Positions 17,613 through 27,648 are shown, counted from the first letter of the stretch. The stretch is DNA of 64,000 nucleotides from Blastocatellia bacterium (GCA_035652355.1 DASRDY010000034.1:14973-78972); one strand, 5' to 3'. Notes: generated by a model from the letters alone, not told the origin. Numbers and translations are program-made.

Positions 17613-19157
17613 ATGAAAGAGAATCAAGCGGAAGCAAGGGTAAAAAAATCAGATTCTTACCTTCGATGGGCAAAGCGGATAGCCGCACCGGTCGTGGCCA
17701 CTTTGTTGCTGGCCTTTAGCCTGCATGCCTATCAACAGCGTGAAAAAACGGCCGGTGACCTGCCTCAGCCGACACCGACCAAGAAGTCGGCGGTAACGGT
17801 TTCGCCGGTGGAACTTTCCCACACATTCGCCGCCGTTGCGGGTGATGTGAAACCGGCTGTGGTTCACATCAATGTAGTCGAAAAAGTTGCGCGGCAGTCC
17901 TCGATCCAAATCCCCGGATTCGGTGACTTCGGATTTGGCGGACAGGGCGGTCCCGGAGGCCAGGGAGGAACGATGAAGCAGCGCGCTTCAGGTTCTGGCT
18001 TTATTGTCACCCAGGACGGATACATTCTGACGAATAATCACGTAGTCGGCAAAGCGAGCGAAGTTGAAGTTAAACTTGCGGACGGTAGAAAGTTCAAGGC
18101 TACCAAAGTCGGCGTCGACCCTTTGACCGACCTGGCGGTAATCAAAATCAATGCTACGAACCTACCAACTGCGGTTCTTGGCGATTCAGACAAGATTCAG
18201 CAGGGTGACTGGGTCCTTGCGCTGGGCAGCCCATTCGGTCTTGAGCAGACATTGACCGCCGGTATCATCAGCGCTGTCGGACGCGATGTCAGCACCGAAC
18301 AGCCGTATGACAGCTATATTCAGACAGATGCAGCCATTAATCCGGGCAATTCCGGTGGACCGCTGGTCAATATGAACGGCGAAGTCATCGGCATCAACTC
18401 GATGATTTATACCGAGAGCGGCGCAAATCAGGGTATTGGTTTTGCAATACCGTCGAATACTGCCAGAACGATTTACAAGCAGTTAGTCGAAAAGGGACAC
18501 GTTACCAGGGGTTATCTGGGCATCTATCCTGAAGAGTTAACACAGGAAGAAGCAAAAGCCTGGGGCTTACCGGAAAATACCAAGGGCGTCTTGGTTCGCG
18601 ATCTTCCTGACTTGAATGCGCCCGCGGCAAAGGCTGGTATCAAGAGCGGCGACATTATTCTGACTGTTAACGGTCAGTCGGTTTCAACTCCGGCCGAGTT
18701 GACAAGAATAATCGGCGGCATGGCCGTCGACCAGGAAGTCTCGCTGAAGATACTGCGAGACGGTAAGGAACAGACCATTACCACGAAACTTGCAGAGCGC
18801 AAGGACGAAACGGCCAGCAGGACACCTAATAATGGTGGTGATGATGAAGACAACGACATGGCCAGCGCACAGGGCAGCAAACTGGGCATCACGGTTGATA
18901 CTGTGACTACGGATCTGGCGAAAGAGCTTGATCTGAAAGTCAAATCAGGCGCCGTTGTTAAACAGGTTAACCCTGAAGGTCCTGCGGGAGATGCGGGTCT
19001 GCGACGAGGCGATGTGATTCACCGAATCAACCGCGAGCCTGTAACGTCTGCTGAAGATGTAAGGCGAATTGCCAGAAATCTGAAGAGCGGCGACCAGGTG
19101 GTTGTTCAGATCGAAAGAGCAGGTCAGTTGGCGTTCGTGACTTTGACTATTGAATAG
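17613..19157 (+). CDS. htrA: Periplasmic serine endoprotease, DegP/HtrA family, with two PDZ domains.
   Basis: It has TNNHV, D and GNSGGPLVN catalytic-triad contexts and an N-terminal membrane anchor. Two PDZ-like regions are present. Length is 514 aa. Confidence 0.9.
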   Translation: MKENQAEARVKKSDSYLRWAKRIAAPVVATLLLAFSLHAYQQREKTAGDLPQPTPTKKSAVTVSPVELSHTFAAVAGDVKPAVVHINVVEKVARQSSIQIPGFGDFGFGGQGGPGGQGGTMKQRASGSGFIVTQDGYILTNNHVVGKASEVEVKLADGRKFKATKVGVDPLTDLAVIKINATNLPTAVLGDSDKIQQGDWVLALGSPFGLEQTLTAGIISAVGRDVSTEQPYDSYIQTDAAINPGNSGGPLVNMNGEVIGINSMIYTESGANQGIGFAIPSNTARTIYKQLVEKGHVTRGYLGIYPEELTQEEAKAWGLPENTKGVLVRDLPDLNAPAAKAGIKSGDIILTVNGQSVSTPAELTRIIGGMAVDQEVSLKILRDGKEQTITTKLAERKDETASRTPNNGGDDEDNDMASAQGSKLGITVDTVTTDLAKELDLKVKSGAVVKQVNPEGPAGDAGLRRGDVIHRINREPVTSAEDVRRIARNLKSGDQVVVQIERAGQLAFVTLTIE

Positions 19158-19183
19158 CCAGCCGATCAGTACGATAACAAACA

Positions 19184-19216
19184 AAAGGCGAGCTTCGGCT
19201 CGCCTTTGTGCTTTGT
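19184..19216. terminator. Bidirectional rho-independent terminator between htrA and the convergent gene.
   Basis: AAAGGCGAGC-TTCG-GCTCGCCTTT is flanked by an A-run on the left and a T-rich tail on the right. Confidence 0.7.
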
Positions 19217-19243
19217 TGGTCTTTTAATAAAAGTCTTCAGGAT

Positions 19244-19972
19244 TCAGCGATCAAATATGAATGAGGAAACCAGCGGCGGAAGTTTCTCGACATGACTTGC
19301 GGCCGCGCGCCAGATAACGTCGATCATCTGATCTCTATCGAGGCGAATTTTATCGGGATCAGCGGTTTTTTCGATTGGAGGAATCGAATACTTTTTCATA
19401 AACTCAGCGGCCAAGGGGCTTTTTGATGGCATGACAATCTCATAGTCAATCTCTTCCTCCCAAATGCTCTGAGCATCTACGTAAGCATCCAGAGCGCGCT
19501 TCATCTCAGACTTGAGATCGCCATCGGGTAGTTTAGACAGGATTTCTTCCACATCAACCTTGGTGTCGATCATTCTGGATTCGTATTCTTTGAGCGAGAC
19601 CTTGACTGCGGCCGCGCCTTCCATTTTACGCAATGCTTTTACCGCGTTTTCCAATCCTTGAATAATTTCTTTCGGGGGTGGTTGCCAGCCGCCTGTCGTC
19701 TGCGAACTATCTGTAAAGGATATGCTGGCGATTTCGCTCAGCTTTATCTGTTGATGGCCGTCTTTCGAATCGATCTCCAGGCTTTCTTCATTGGCCTGGA
19801 TGAAGTATCCGTTGACAACTTGACCATTTTTTAGAGTCACGGCGACACGATGCGTGGGCTTCTTCAACTCCGACTGCTTACGCGGTCCCGTTTGGCCAAA
19901 TGCCCCGAGCGAAAGTCCCGAAAGAGCAACGGCGACGGTCAGAAAGATCAACATAAGATTCTTTGATTGCAT
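19244..19972 (-). CDS. Secreted hypothetical protein.
   Basis: 242 aa with a signal peptide (LIFLTVAVALSGLSLGAFGQ). I do not recognise a domain. Confidence 0.6.
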   Translation of the reverse strand: MQSKNLMLIFLTVAVALSGLSLGAFGQTGPRKQSELKKPTHRVAVTLKNGQVVNGYFIQANEESLEIDSKDGHQQIKLSEIASISFTDSSQTTGGWQPPPKEIIQGLENAVKALRKMEGAAAVKVSLKEYESRMIDTKVDVEEILSKLPDGDLKSEMKRALDAYVDAQSIWEEEIDYEIVMPSKSPLAAEFMKKYSIPPIEKTADPDKIRLDRDQMIDVIWRAAASHVEKLPPLVSSFIFDR

Positions 19973-20052
19973 AGTCTTTCCCAGAGAAACCGAATAAGAA
20001 TTGAATATAAACGAGAGAGCGTCAAAAACAAGTGGAATCTTATGAAGAATAT

Positions 20053-20161
20053 AGGGGCAGGGCTAGTCCCTGCCCAGATCGTGCGAAGCACGATGAAATT
20101 GTTTAGTTGCGAAACGTTTAATTGCCTTGCGGCAATCCGGGCAGAGACGAGCCCTGCCCCT
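20053..20161. repeat. Composite palindromic intergenic element with 12-bp terminal inverted repeats and three internal hairpins.
   Basis: AGGGGCAGGGCT (20053-20064) is the reverse complement of AGCCCTGCCCCT (20150-20161). The internal hairpins are GGGCAGGG/CCCTGCCC, ATCGTGC/GCACGAT and ATTGCC/GGCAAT. Confidence 0.65.
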
Positions 20162-20165
20162 ACAT

Positions 20166-21284
20166 TTATTGCGCTATATTCAGACTCTTGCCCAAGGCAG
20201 GATCACGACGAACACGCCAGATCTTGCTGTCCAGATAATAATGAATGAAAGCGAATCCCCAGAAAAAACTGGCCAGTATTCCCGTCGCTCCGGCGTAAGC
20301 TATCACGACTCCTCGCGGAATGTGATAGACCAGATTGAATAACAGACCGCAAATGGCATAAAAAACGAAGCTCTTGCTGATTGATGACGCCAACCCAAAC
20401 GATCTTTTTTTCGCATCATCTTTTGCCCTATCTTTAGATTGATATTTGTTCTTGTTGTGAAACCAGATCAACCGATGATATTGAATGTTGTGCCAAATGG
20501 TCAGTACCGGAGCTATACCAATAATCGTTATTGACGAAAACAACACAGCCCAGTGAAGCGGTATTGCGGCCGCCAGCAAAAGATACTTGGGCAGGTTGAG
20601 TGATCGACCGGTGAACAATCGCTGTAGTTGTCTTGCGCCGAAAAAGATCGCGCTTGCGACAAACACCCACCATACAAAGGTATCTATTGATTGCGCAAAC
20701 GAGGGCGAAAGGAGCTCCGCACGGGGAACCCGCGCCACCATATCGAGATGATTTTTGTCGCTGGCGTCAGCAATCGTATAGCGGTAATAAACGATATAAT
20801 GTAGAAACGGATAGGTCAGTCCGGCTAAGAGAAAAAACCGATCGGCGAAATTATCAATTGGGTCAAGATCTGCATTCTTTTTCTTGTAAAGAACCATGAA
20901 CCCGTAGTGCTGCTTCACCAGATGGTAATACGCCCACAACGATGCAAAGAAAAAGAAGTACAACCCGAGTCCCGCAATCACCATCACCGGTCCAAGCGCA
21001 AAAAATAAGAGGGCTCCCCACAGCAGTTTGGCTCGCGCTTTCCTCTCTTCGTTGTCAAAGTAAGTACGCGAAAAAGTTCCGAACACGTGCGGTCCATCGA
21101 AAACAATCGCCCACGCAAACAGCAATACAACCGGCGACCAGTGAAGGGTCGTGAACATCACAAGAAGAGCGTAACTGGATACGACGCTTAGGATGAACCA
21201 GGTCAGATCATCTCCCGAATCAATTATCCATTTGTGGCTGAAATAAGAAGTTCCACGGGCTGTTACTGCTTGCGCCGTAGCCAT
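20166..21284 (-). CDS. Polytopic membrane protein of unknown function, with conserved-looking His motifs.
   Basis: 372 aa with about 9-10 hydrophobic segments. It carries the motifs YYHLVKQHYG, WHNIQYHRLIWFH and FIHYYLDSKIWR. I do not recognise the family. Confidence 0.65.
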   Translation of the reverse strand: MATAQAVTARGTSYFSHKWIIDSGDDLTWFILSVVSSYALLVMFTTLHWSPVVLLFAWAIVFDGPHVFGTFSRTYFDNEERKARAKLLWGALLFFALGPVMVIAGLGLYFFFFASLWAYYHLVKQHYGFMVLYKKKNADLDPIDNFADRFFLLAGLTYPFLHYIVYYRYTIADASDKNHLDMVARVPRAELLSPSFAQSIDTFVWWVFVASAIFFGARQLQRLFTGRSLNLPKYLLLAAAIPLHWAVLFSSITIIGIAPVLTIWHNIQYHRLIWFHNKNKYQSKDRAKDDAKKRSFGLASSISKSFVFYAICGLLFNLVYHIPRGVVIAYAGATGILASFFWGFAFIHYYLDSKIWRVRRDPALGKSLNIAQ

Positions 21285-21374
21285 ACTCTCTCCTTGCAGG
21301 TTGAACGGTATTGATTGATCTTAGCGTATGAAACCAGTTGAACGGAATAAATTCTTTGAAAAATCGTGGTATAG

Positions 21375-21514
21375 GCTTTAGTCCGCGCAAATCGCGCAAC
21401 GTTCATCTCGCAAGAAAATCAACACCTCATAATTTTCCGCCTACTACAGTAGAGTTTACTCAGGACCTTGATAGGAATCTAACTTGCGCGGACTAAAGCT
21501 AAAGTCCACGCCAC
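21375..21514. repeat. Intergenic element: a 16-bp perfect inverted repeat with a 93-bp spacer, plus a CTAAAGTCCACGCCAC tail.
   Basis: GCTTTAGTCCGCGCAA (21375-21390) is the reverse complement of TTGCGCGGACTAAAGC (21484-21499). The tail motif recurs at 46880-46904. Confidence 0.7.
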
Positions 21515-21580
21515 TGTTGTACGCTTGACAGTGTTTAATCATCTTAGATACTGTTCGATTTTTAAGGTGGAGGTCGCTTC

Positions 21581-23068
21581 TTGCTTACCGAATATCGGCG
21601 GGAATATACAGAGTTCAACGAATCGATCACTCGCGAGCACTACCTGCATTACTCTGGCCAAAAGACGGAATATGAGCTTGAGCGCATCTATGATCGTTAT
21701 AGCGATTTGTTTACCCGCCAGGCAATCGGCGATCTTCAACGAGAGTATGACGGTATTTCACCGGACTTTGACAACGACCGAAAAGGTGTCAGGCATCTGC
21801 TGACATTTGCTAAAGAGAACTTCCTGGAAGCGCAGACGAAACAACTGACAGCAGAAATCGCCGAACACGAAGCCACATCGCATATCTATTGGGAAGGTAG
21901 AGAAGTTCCGTTTCATCGGTCTGCGATTCTACTCCGAAACGAGCCTGACGCCGGTCGGCGTCGCCAGATTTACGAACGTCGGCTGAGAGTCATTGAAGGA
22001 TCGAATGACCTGAGGACAGAGCGACTGCAAAAGATCTACGACTCAGCAGCCGATCTCGGACACAAAAGCTATGTAGAGATGTGTCAGGATCTCTATGGCG
22101 TCGATTACGCAACACTGAATGAAAAATGGCAGGCGTTTCTGAATGCGACCGACGAAGTTTACACGATCAGAGTTCGCGAGCAGTTATTGCGGGAATTGAA
22201 AGTCGGATTGGAAAACGCGCATCGCGCCGATGTTGGATCTTTAATGCGACTGACGAGGTTCGATCAGTACTTCCCCAAAGATCGATTGGTCGAAATGTAC
22301 CGCGAGACTGTTTCCGGTCTCGGGATTGATATCGAAAAGCAGAAAAACATCAGAATCGATTCCGCGGAACGGCCACAAAAGAATCCGCGCGCTTTCTGTG
22401 CGCCAGTCGAGGTTCCGGCCGAAGTCATGTTAGTAATCCTGCCCAGCGGGGGGCAGACCGATTACCAGACTTTTCTGCACGAGGGCGGTCACGCGCAGCA
22501 TTTCGGATTCGCCTCTTCGTCTTTACGACCAGAGTTTCGCTATAGCGGCGACAGAGCTCTTTCCGAAATCTATGCATTCCTCTTACAGTATTTAATCACC
22601 GATGCGGAATGGTTGCGGTCGGTTGTCGGCATGCCAGAGCCGGAAGAGTTCGTGCGCCTGATGCTGCTGGATAAACTCCTTTTGCTGCGAAGATATGCCG
22701 GCAAGCTGGATTACGAGCTGAAACTGCATTCGTCGGGCAACATTCCGGCCGGATCCCGATACTACGTTGACACTCTAACGCAGGCGACGCTTTTCCAATA
22801 CGAGCCGGAAGAATTTCTCGCCGATATGGATGATGGATTTTATTCGGCCGACTATCTGCGAGCATGGGCATTCGAAGTGATGCTCCGCGATTATCTACGG
22901 ACGAAATTCGGAAGAACCTGGTGGCAGAGCAAACGCGCCGGAGATTTGCTGAAAGAGATTTGGAACACCGGCAATCGTTATCGCGCGGATGAAATTATTG
23001 AACAGGTAGGCGCGGGAAAGCTGTCCACCGAACCTGTTACCGACGAATTTATTCAGGGACTCAGATAA
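21581..23068 (+). CDS. Zinc metallopeptidase, M3 (oligoendopeptidase F)-like.
   Basis: 495 aa. It has an HExxH-type site (FLHEGGHAQHF) in the C-terminal half, as in M3B peptidases. It has a TTG start. Confidence 0.6.
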   Translation: MLTEYRREYTEFNESITREHYLHYSGQKTEYELERIYDRYSDLFTRQAIGDLQREYDGISPDFDNDRKGVRHLLTFAKENFLEAQTKQLTAEIAEHEATSHIYWEGREVPFHRSAILLRNEPDAGRRRQIYERRLRVIEGSNDLRTERLQKIYDSAADLGHKSYVEMCQDLYGVDYATLNEKWQAFLNATDEVYTIRVREQLLRELKVGLENAHRADVGSLMRLTRFDQYFPKDRLVEMYRETVSGLGIDIEKQKNIRIDSAERPQKNPRAFCAPVEVPAEVMLVILPSGGQTDYQTFLHEGGHAQHFGFASSSLRPEFRYSGDRALSEIYAFLLQYLITDAEWLRSVVGMPEPEEFVRLMLLDKLLLLRRYAGKLDYELKLHSSGNIPAGSRYYVDTLTQATLFQYEPEEFLADMDDGFYSADYLRAWAFEVMLRDYLRTKFGRTWWQSKRAGDLLKEIWNTGNRYRADEIIEQVGAGKLSTEPVTDEFIQGLR

Positions 23069-23069
23069 A

Positions 23070-24257
23070 GTGAGAGAAATAATCCCAGAGGACAACGAAA
23101 AGCAGAATCGGAGACGCGGCGACGCGGAGACACGGGGATTCTATGGGTCACCTGGAATTGATCCATATGTGCTAAATGTCTCGCTCGGCGACAGAAGCTA
23201 TCAAATTCATATCGCCCCAGACCTTCTGACGAAATCCGGTTCATTACTGAAGGCTGCCTGCCCGAAAGCCAGTAACGTTCTGCTTCTGACGAACAAGAAA
23301 GTATCCGGTCTCTACGGACAAAAATTAACCGATTCTCTGCAGGAATCCGGCTTCAGGGTTTCTTCTTTTCTAATAGGCGATGGGGAAAGATTCAAATCTC
23401 TAGCCACTGCTGAAAAAGTACTCTCGCATCTTATCGAATCTCGTTTCGAGCGTTCGGACGTTATCGTCGCCCTGGGCGGCGGTGTTGTCGGCGACCTGGC
23501 GGGTTTTGTAGCAGCGCTTTACCTGCGCGGAATCGATTACGTACAGGTTCCCACTACACTGCTGGCGCAAATCGACAGCTCAGTAGGCGGAAAAACCGCG
23601 GTTAATCACAAACTGGGCAAGAACCTGATTGGCGCGTTTCATCAGCCGCGGTTGGTTGTTACCGATCCGACGACTTTACGCACTCTGCCCTCAAGAGAAA
23701 TGACGGCCGGAATGTGCGAAGCGATCAAAACCGGCGTAATTCGCGACAAAGCCTTGTTTGAATTGATTGAGACGAACATAGAGAAGCTGATGTCGCTGGA
23801 AATGTCGATTCTGACATCTGTGATAGCTGGCTGCTGCGAAATCAAAGCAGAGGTTGTCGCAAAGGACGAGCGCGAAGGGGGACTCAGGCAAATTCTCAAC
23901 TTCGGCCATACTGTCGGGCATGCCCTGGAAGCGGTAACCGAGTATCGTCATTTCAAACACGGTGAAGCTGTCGGCTACGGTATGATCGCCGCCAGCCGAA
24001 TTGCCCTGAAAATCGGCGTTTTTAACCCAAAAGACGCCTATCGAATCGAATCTCTGATCCGCAAAACAGGATCGCTGCCATCCCTAACCCAAATAGATCC
24101 AGTAGATACCTTCCAGGCTATGAGCCACGATAAGAAGATCAGCGGGGGTAAACTCTCGTTCATTTTACCCGATAATATTGGGGACGTAGTCATCAGACGC
24201 GATATCCCGTCTGAAGCAATCAAGGCTACGATCACTGAATTGATCAGCGCAGGTTGA
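23070..24257 (+). CDS. aroB: 3-dehydroquinate synthase. The true start is probably downstream, for example the GTG at 23169.
   Basis: It has GGGVVGDLAGFVAA, VPTTLLAQIDSSVGGKT and GHT.GHA.E motifs. The first 33 or so codons cover a GC-rich 8-mer tandem repeat and are probably not coding. Confidence 0.9.
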   Translation: MREIIPEDNEKQNRRRGDAETRGFYGSPGIDPYVLNVSLGDRSYQIHIAPDLLTKSGSLLKAACPKASNVLLLTNKKVSGLYGQKLTDSLQESGFRVSSFLIGDGERFKSLATAEKVLSHLIESRFERSDVIVALGGGVVGDLAGFVAALYLRGIDYVQVPTTLLAQIDSSVGGKTAVNHKLGKNLIGAFHQPRLVVTDPTTLRTLPSREMTAGMCEAIKTGVIRDKALFELIETNIEKLMSLEMSILTSVIAGCCEIKAEVVAKDEREGGLRQILNFGHTVGHALEAVTEYRHFKHGEAVGYGMIAASRIALKIGVFNPKDAYRIESLIRKTGSLPSLTQIDPVDTFQAMSHDKKISGGKLSFILPDNIGDVVIRRDIPSEAIKATITELISAG

Positions 24258-24288
24258 TTTCAGACCTGAGTTGACGGGGAAATTAGCC

Positions 24289-24672
24289 ATGAAGAGAGTA
24301 AATGGTTTCGTCGCCAGCCAACGCGGCGCCGGGCGAATTAAATTCATATTCATAATCTGTATGATCTCCGTGATCGCCGTGATTTTGTTCCGCGGCTTAC
24401 CCGTCTACATAACCGATCAGGAAATCCAGCACGATCTGAAAGAGGCCGCCAGAACCGGGGCGATCCGTAATGCCACCGAAGCGCAGATTAGAAAAGAATT
24501 GATGAAAAATCAGGAAGAGTACTGGATAACCTTACCGGAAAACACTCAATACAATATTGTCAAAAAGCCGAACAGCGTCGAGATTGAAATAAATACGACA
24601 ATACCGATCAATTTCATTGTTACGACGTACGATTATCAGATCAAATACAAAGCTTTTGACCAGCAACTCTAA
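24289..24672 (+). CDS. Small membrane-anchored hypothetical protein.
   Basis: 127 aa with a single N-terminal TM segment (IKFIFIICMISVIAVILF). GGGGA lies upstream of the ATG at 24289. Confidence 0.55.
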   Translation: MKRVNGFVASQRGAGRIKFIFIICMISVIAVILFRGLPVYITDQEIQHDLKEAARTGAIRNATEAQIRKELMKNQEEYWITLPENTQYNIVKKPNSVEIEINTTIPINFIVTTYDYQIKYKAFDQQL

Positions 24673-24682
24673 TAGATTAGGT

Positions 24683-25357
24683 TTAGTGATCTGCGGGAAG
24701 CTTGCCGCCGTGGCCATTTGTCTTTGAAATGGACTGAACCGACAGGCGGTGTTCGGATTCTTTCTTCGCCTCAAGCAAATAGATCAGTGCCGTCTTCAGG
24801 CGCTCGCTTGTCGACGTCATCTCCAGCAATTTTTGCTTTGTCTTATTGCTGACCGGAAGCACCGATGAGACAAGATGAGAAAATGGTTCCGCCTGGATCG
24901 GAATTCCGCCATCGAGTATCAGCGCCTCGTTCAGTTTTTTAGCCGTATTGATAAATCCTTCAAAAACTGTCTTCGCTTCTTGCAGCAACTGATCGAATGA
25001 TTCGGACACCTCTGGTTCATCGAAGAGTGTCTCGACCTCTGCCACGTGATAAGGATTTATCTGGGTGTAACGTAAAATTCGATAGCGTTGACGTCCCAGA
25101 ACCGCAATGTTCAGCCTTCCTTCCTCAAGCGCCACCGACAGGCTGATTTCCGCCGAGCAACCTACCTTCTGTGCCAGCTCGTGTTCCGGGCGGCCAAGTT
25201 CGGGCTCGATGAAGTTTATTCCGAACAGCTTGTCAGAGTCTGAGATATCTTTGATCATCAGTTTATAGCGCTGTTCGAAAATATGGAGCGGCAGCAATTG
25301 CCCGGGAAACAGGACAAGCGGCAGCGGAAATATAGGTAACTCTCTTATTTCAGTCAT
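24683..25357 (-). CDS. LON N-terminal (substrate-binding) domain protein.
   Basis: LPIFPLPLVLFPGQLLPLHIFEQRYKLM is the canonical start of the Lon N-domain. There is no AAA+ or protease domain. Confidence 0.85.
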   Translation of the reverse strand: MTEIRELPIFPLPLVLFPGQLLPLHIFEQRYKLMIKDISDSDKLFGINFIEPELGRPEHELAQKVGCSAEISLSVALEEGRLNIAVLGRQRYRILRYTQINPYHVAEVETLFDEPEVSESFDQLLQEAKTVFEGFINTAKKLNEALILDGGIPIQAEPFSHLVSSVLPVSNKTKQKLLEMTSTSERLKTALIYLLEAKKESEHRLSVQSISKTNGHGGKLPADH

Positions 25358-25448
25358 TCATTTATGAAAGGAAGTGATCAGTGGCCGGTGGTCAGAGGTC
25401 GGTTAAGAATTTCCTTCCGAAGACCGACTCTTGACCAGCGATCCCTGC

Positions 25449-27308
25449 TCATTGTTCGCCGACTTTTAGAACGGCAAGAAAAGCTTCCTGTGGAATCTCT
25501 ACTCGGCCGATCTTCTTCATTCGTTTCTTGCCTTCTTTTTGTTTCTCTAACAGTTTACGCTTTCGTGTTATGTCACCGCCATAACATTTCGCCAGCACGT
25601 TTTTGCCCATTGGCTTGACTGTTTCCCTGGCGATAACTTTGTTGCCGATGGCGGCCTGGATTGGAACTTCAAACAACTGCCGCGGGATCAACTCTTTCAT
25701 TTTCTTTACCAGCTCGCGACCTCGCTGATACGCGTTATCGCGATGAATGATCAACGATAACGCATCGACTGGATCGCCCGACACCAGAACATCCAGCTTT
25801 ACCAACTCGGACTCCCAATACCCGGCCAAATGATAGTCAAGTGACGCATATCCGCGCGAAACGGATTTAAGCCTGTCATAGAAATCCAGGACCACTTCCG
25901 CAAGCGGAATCGTGTACGTCAGCATCACCCGGGTCGGCGACAGATATTCAAACTTCTTTTGAACCGCGCGGCGCTCTTCCAGGAGTTTAAGCAGCGGTCC
26001 GACAAATTCATCCGGTGTCAGAATGATCGCTTCGATTAAGGGCTCTTCAAATTTAGTTATGCGTCCGGGGTCCGGAAGCTTTGATGGGCTGTCCACATCT
26101 ATTACTTCGCCAGCAGTCGTCGTTATGCGGTATCGCACACTCGGCGCGGTTGTGATCAGTTCGAGGTTAAACTCGCGTTCCAATCGCTCCTGGACAATCT
26201 CCATGTGCAGCAGTCCAAGGAATCCGCAACGAAAACCAAACCCAAGCGCCAGAGATGTCTCGGGTTCGTAAAAGAAAGACGAATCGTTCAGTCGCAGTTT
26301 GTCCAGAGCGTCGCGCAACTCTTCGTAATTGCCGGCGTCGATTGGATAGAGGCCGGCGAATACCATCGGCTTGATTTCCTGGAAACCCGGAAACGGACTG
26401 TCTGTCGGTCGCGCGGCTTCAGTGACGGTGTCGCCTATCTGCACGTCGGCGACCGCTTTGATATTAGAGATGATAAACCCGACCTCGCCCACTCCCAGCT
26501 TATCAATATCTTTTGGCTTAGGTGTGAGAACGCCCAGATTTATCACATCGTAATCTCTACCGGTTGCCATAAACCTGATGCGGCTGCCTTGTCGCAACTC
26601 GCCATCGATCACTCTGACCATAACGATGACGCCCCGATAGACATCAAACCAGGAGTCGAAGATCAAAGCTTTCAATGGCGCATCCGCTTTTCCTTTCGGA
26701 GAAGGAATCAGATTAACGATAGATTCGAGGATCTCTTCCGTGCCCGCTCCTGTCTTTGCACTGGCGGGAATCGCGTGTGTAGCGTCGATACCTATGATTG
26801 ATTCTATCTGTTCGGCGACGCGATCTGGCTCTGCGCTGGGCAGATCGATCTTGTTCAACACCGGGATCAGCTCAAGGTTGTGCTCGACCGCAAGATAAGC
26901 GTTCGCAAGCGTCTGGGCTTCAACCCCCTGCGAGGCATCGACCACCAGCAGCGCACCTTCACAGGCAGAAAGCGACCGTGAAACCTCGTAGGAAAAATCC
27001 ACGTGTCCAGGGGTATCGATCAGGTTGAGAATATAATCCGTCCCGTTTTGCGCCGTATAATTCAGGCGTACGGCGTGAGCCTTAATCGTTATTCCGCGCT
27101 CGCGTTCCAAATCCATTGCATCCAGAACCTGATCGGACATTTCGCGTTGCGACAGCGCGCCGGTAAATTCCAGCAAACGGTCGGCGAGAGTGCTCTTGCC
27201 GTGATCGATATGAGCTATAATCGAAAAATTGCGTATGTTTTCTGAAGTCACAAAGTGATTATAGATGTTAGGATGGTCTGAGGAAAGCGAAGCCATCGGA
27301 TTTAGCAT
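25449..27308 (-). CDS. lepA: Elongation factor 4.
   Basis: It has [22 protein letters not shown] and DTPGHVDF, and the LepA C-terminal region. Length is 619 aa. Confidence 0.95.
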   Translation of the reverse strand: MLNPMASLSSDHPNIYNHFVTSENIRNFSIIAHIDHGKSTLADRLLEFTGALSQREMSDQVLDAMDLERERGITIKAHAVRLNYTAQNGTDYILNLIDTPGHVDFSYEVSRSLSACEGALLVVDASQGVEAQTLANAYLAVEHNLELIPVLNKIDLPSAEPDRVAEQIESIIGIDATHAIPASAKTGAGTEEILESIVNLIPSPKGKADAPLKALIFDSWFDVYRGVIVMVRVIDGELRQGSRIRFMATGRDYDVINLGVLTPKPKDIDKLGVGEVGFIISNIKAVADVQIGDTVTEAARPTDSPFPGFQEIKPMVFAGLYPIDAGNYEELRDALDKLRLNDSSFFYEPETSLALGFGFRCGFLGLLHMEIVQERLEREFNLELITTAPSVRYRITTTAGEVIDVDSPSKLPDPGRITKFEEPLIEAIILTPDEFVGPLLKLLEERRAVQKKFEYLSPTRVMLTYTIPLAEVVLDFYDRLKSVSRGYASLDYHLAGYWESELVKLDVLVSGDPVDALSLIIHRDNAYQRGRELVKKMKELIPRQLFEVPIQAAIGNKVIARETVKPMGKNVLAKCYGGDITRKRKLLEKQKEGKKRMKKIGRVEIPQEAFLAVLKVGEQ

Positions 27309-27424
27309 CGGTTTACATAAATGGTGTGGGGCAAAATCTTACTGGAGGAAACGAATTAGTTGTGAAAGATGTAATCCAACCCGTGGAAATATCGGAAATC
27401 ACTGACTTAACACGGGGAGAAATA

Positions 27425-27646
27425 ATGGCTTTGCCAGTTCTCGAATGTCTGAAACTCGGAATGCGCGCACATAAGGTTTTTAGGGAGAGGATTCTTGCCA
27501 CATTTCCGCCGGGCTTTTCTGAAGTTGAGAGCAAAGTAAGATTATGCGAAACCCTCTATGGCGACGAGGTTGATATTAAAGGTTTTGAAGAATCTTTACG
27601 GAAGGCAGCCGAACGAGATGCCAGGAAAGAGACCCAATCGCGTTAG
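27425..27646 (+). CDS. Possible small protein (73 aa) of unknown function.
   Basis: It starts at an ATG preceded by GGGGAGA with a 5-nt spacer. It lies in a 340-bp gap between two minus-strand genes. No homolog is recognised, so it could be spurious. Confidence 0.3.
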   Translation: MALPVLECLKLGMRAHKVFRERILATFPPGFSEVESKVRLCETLYGDEVDIKGFEESLRKAAERDARKETQSR

Positions 27647-27648
27647 AA

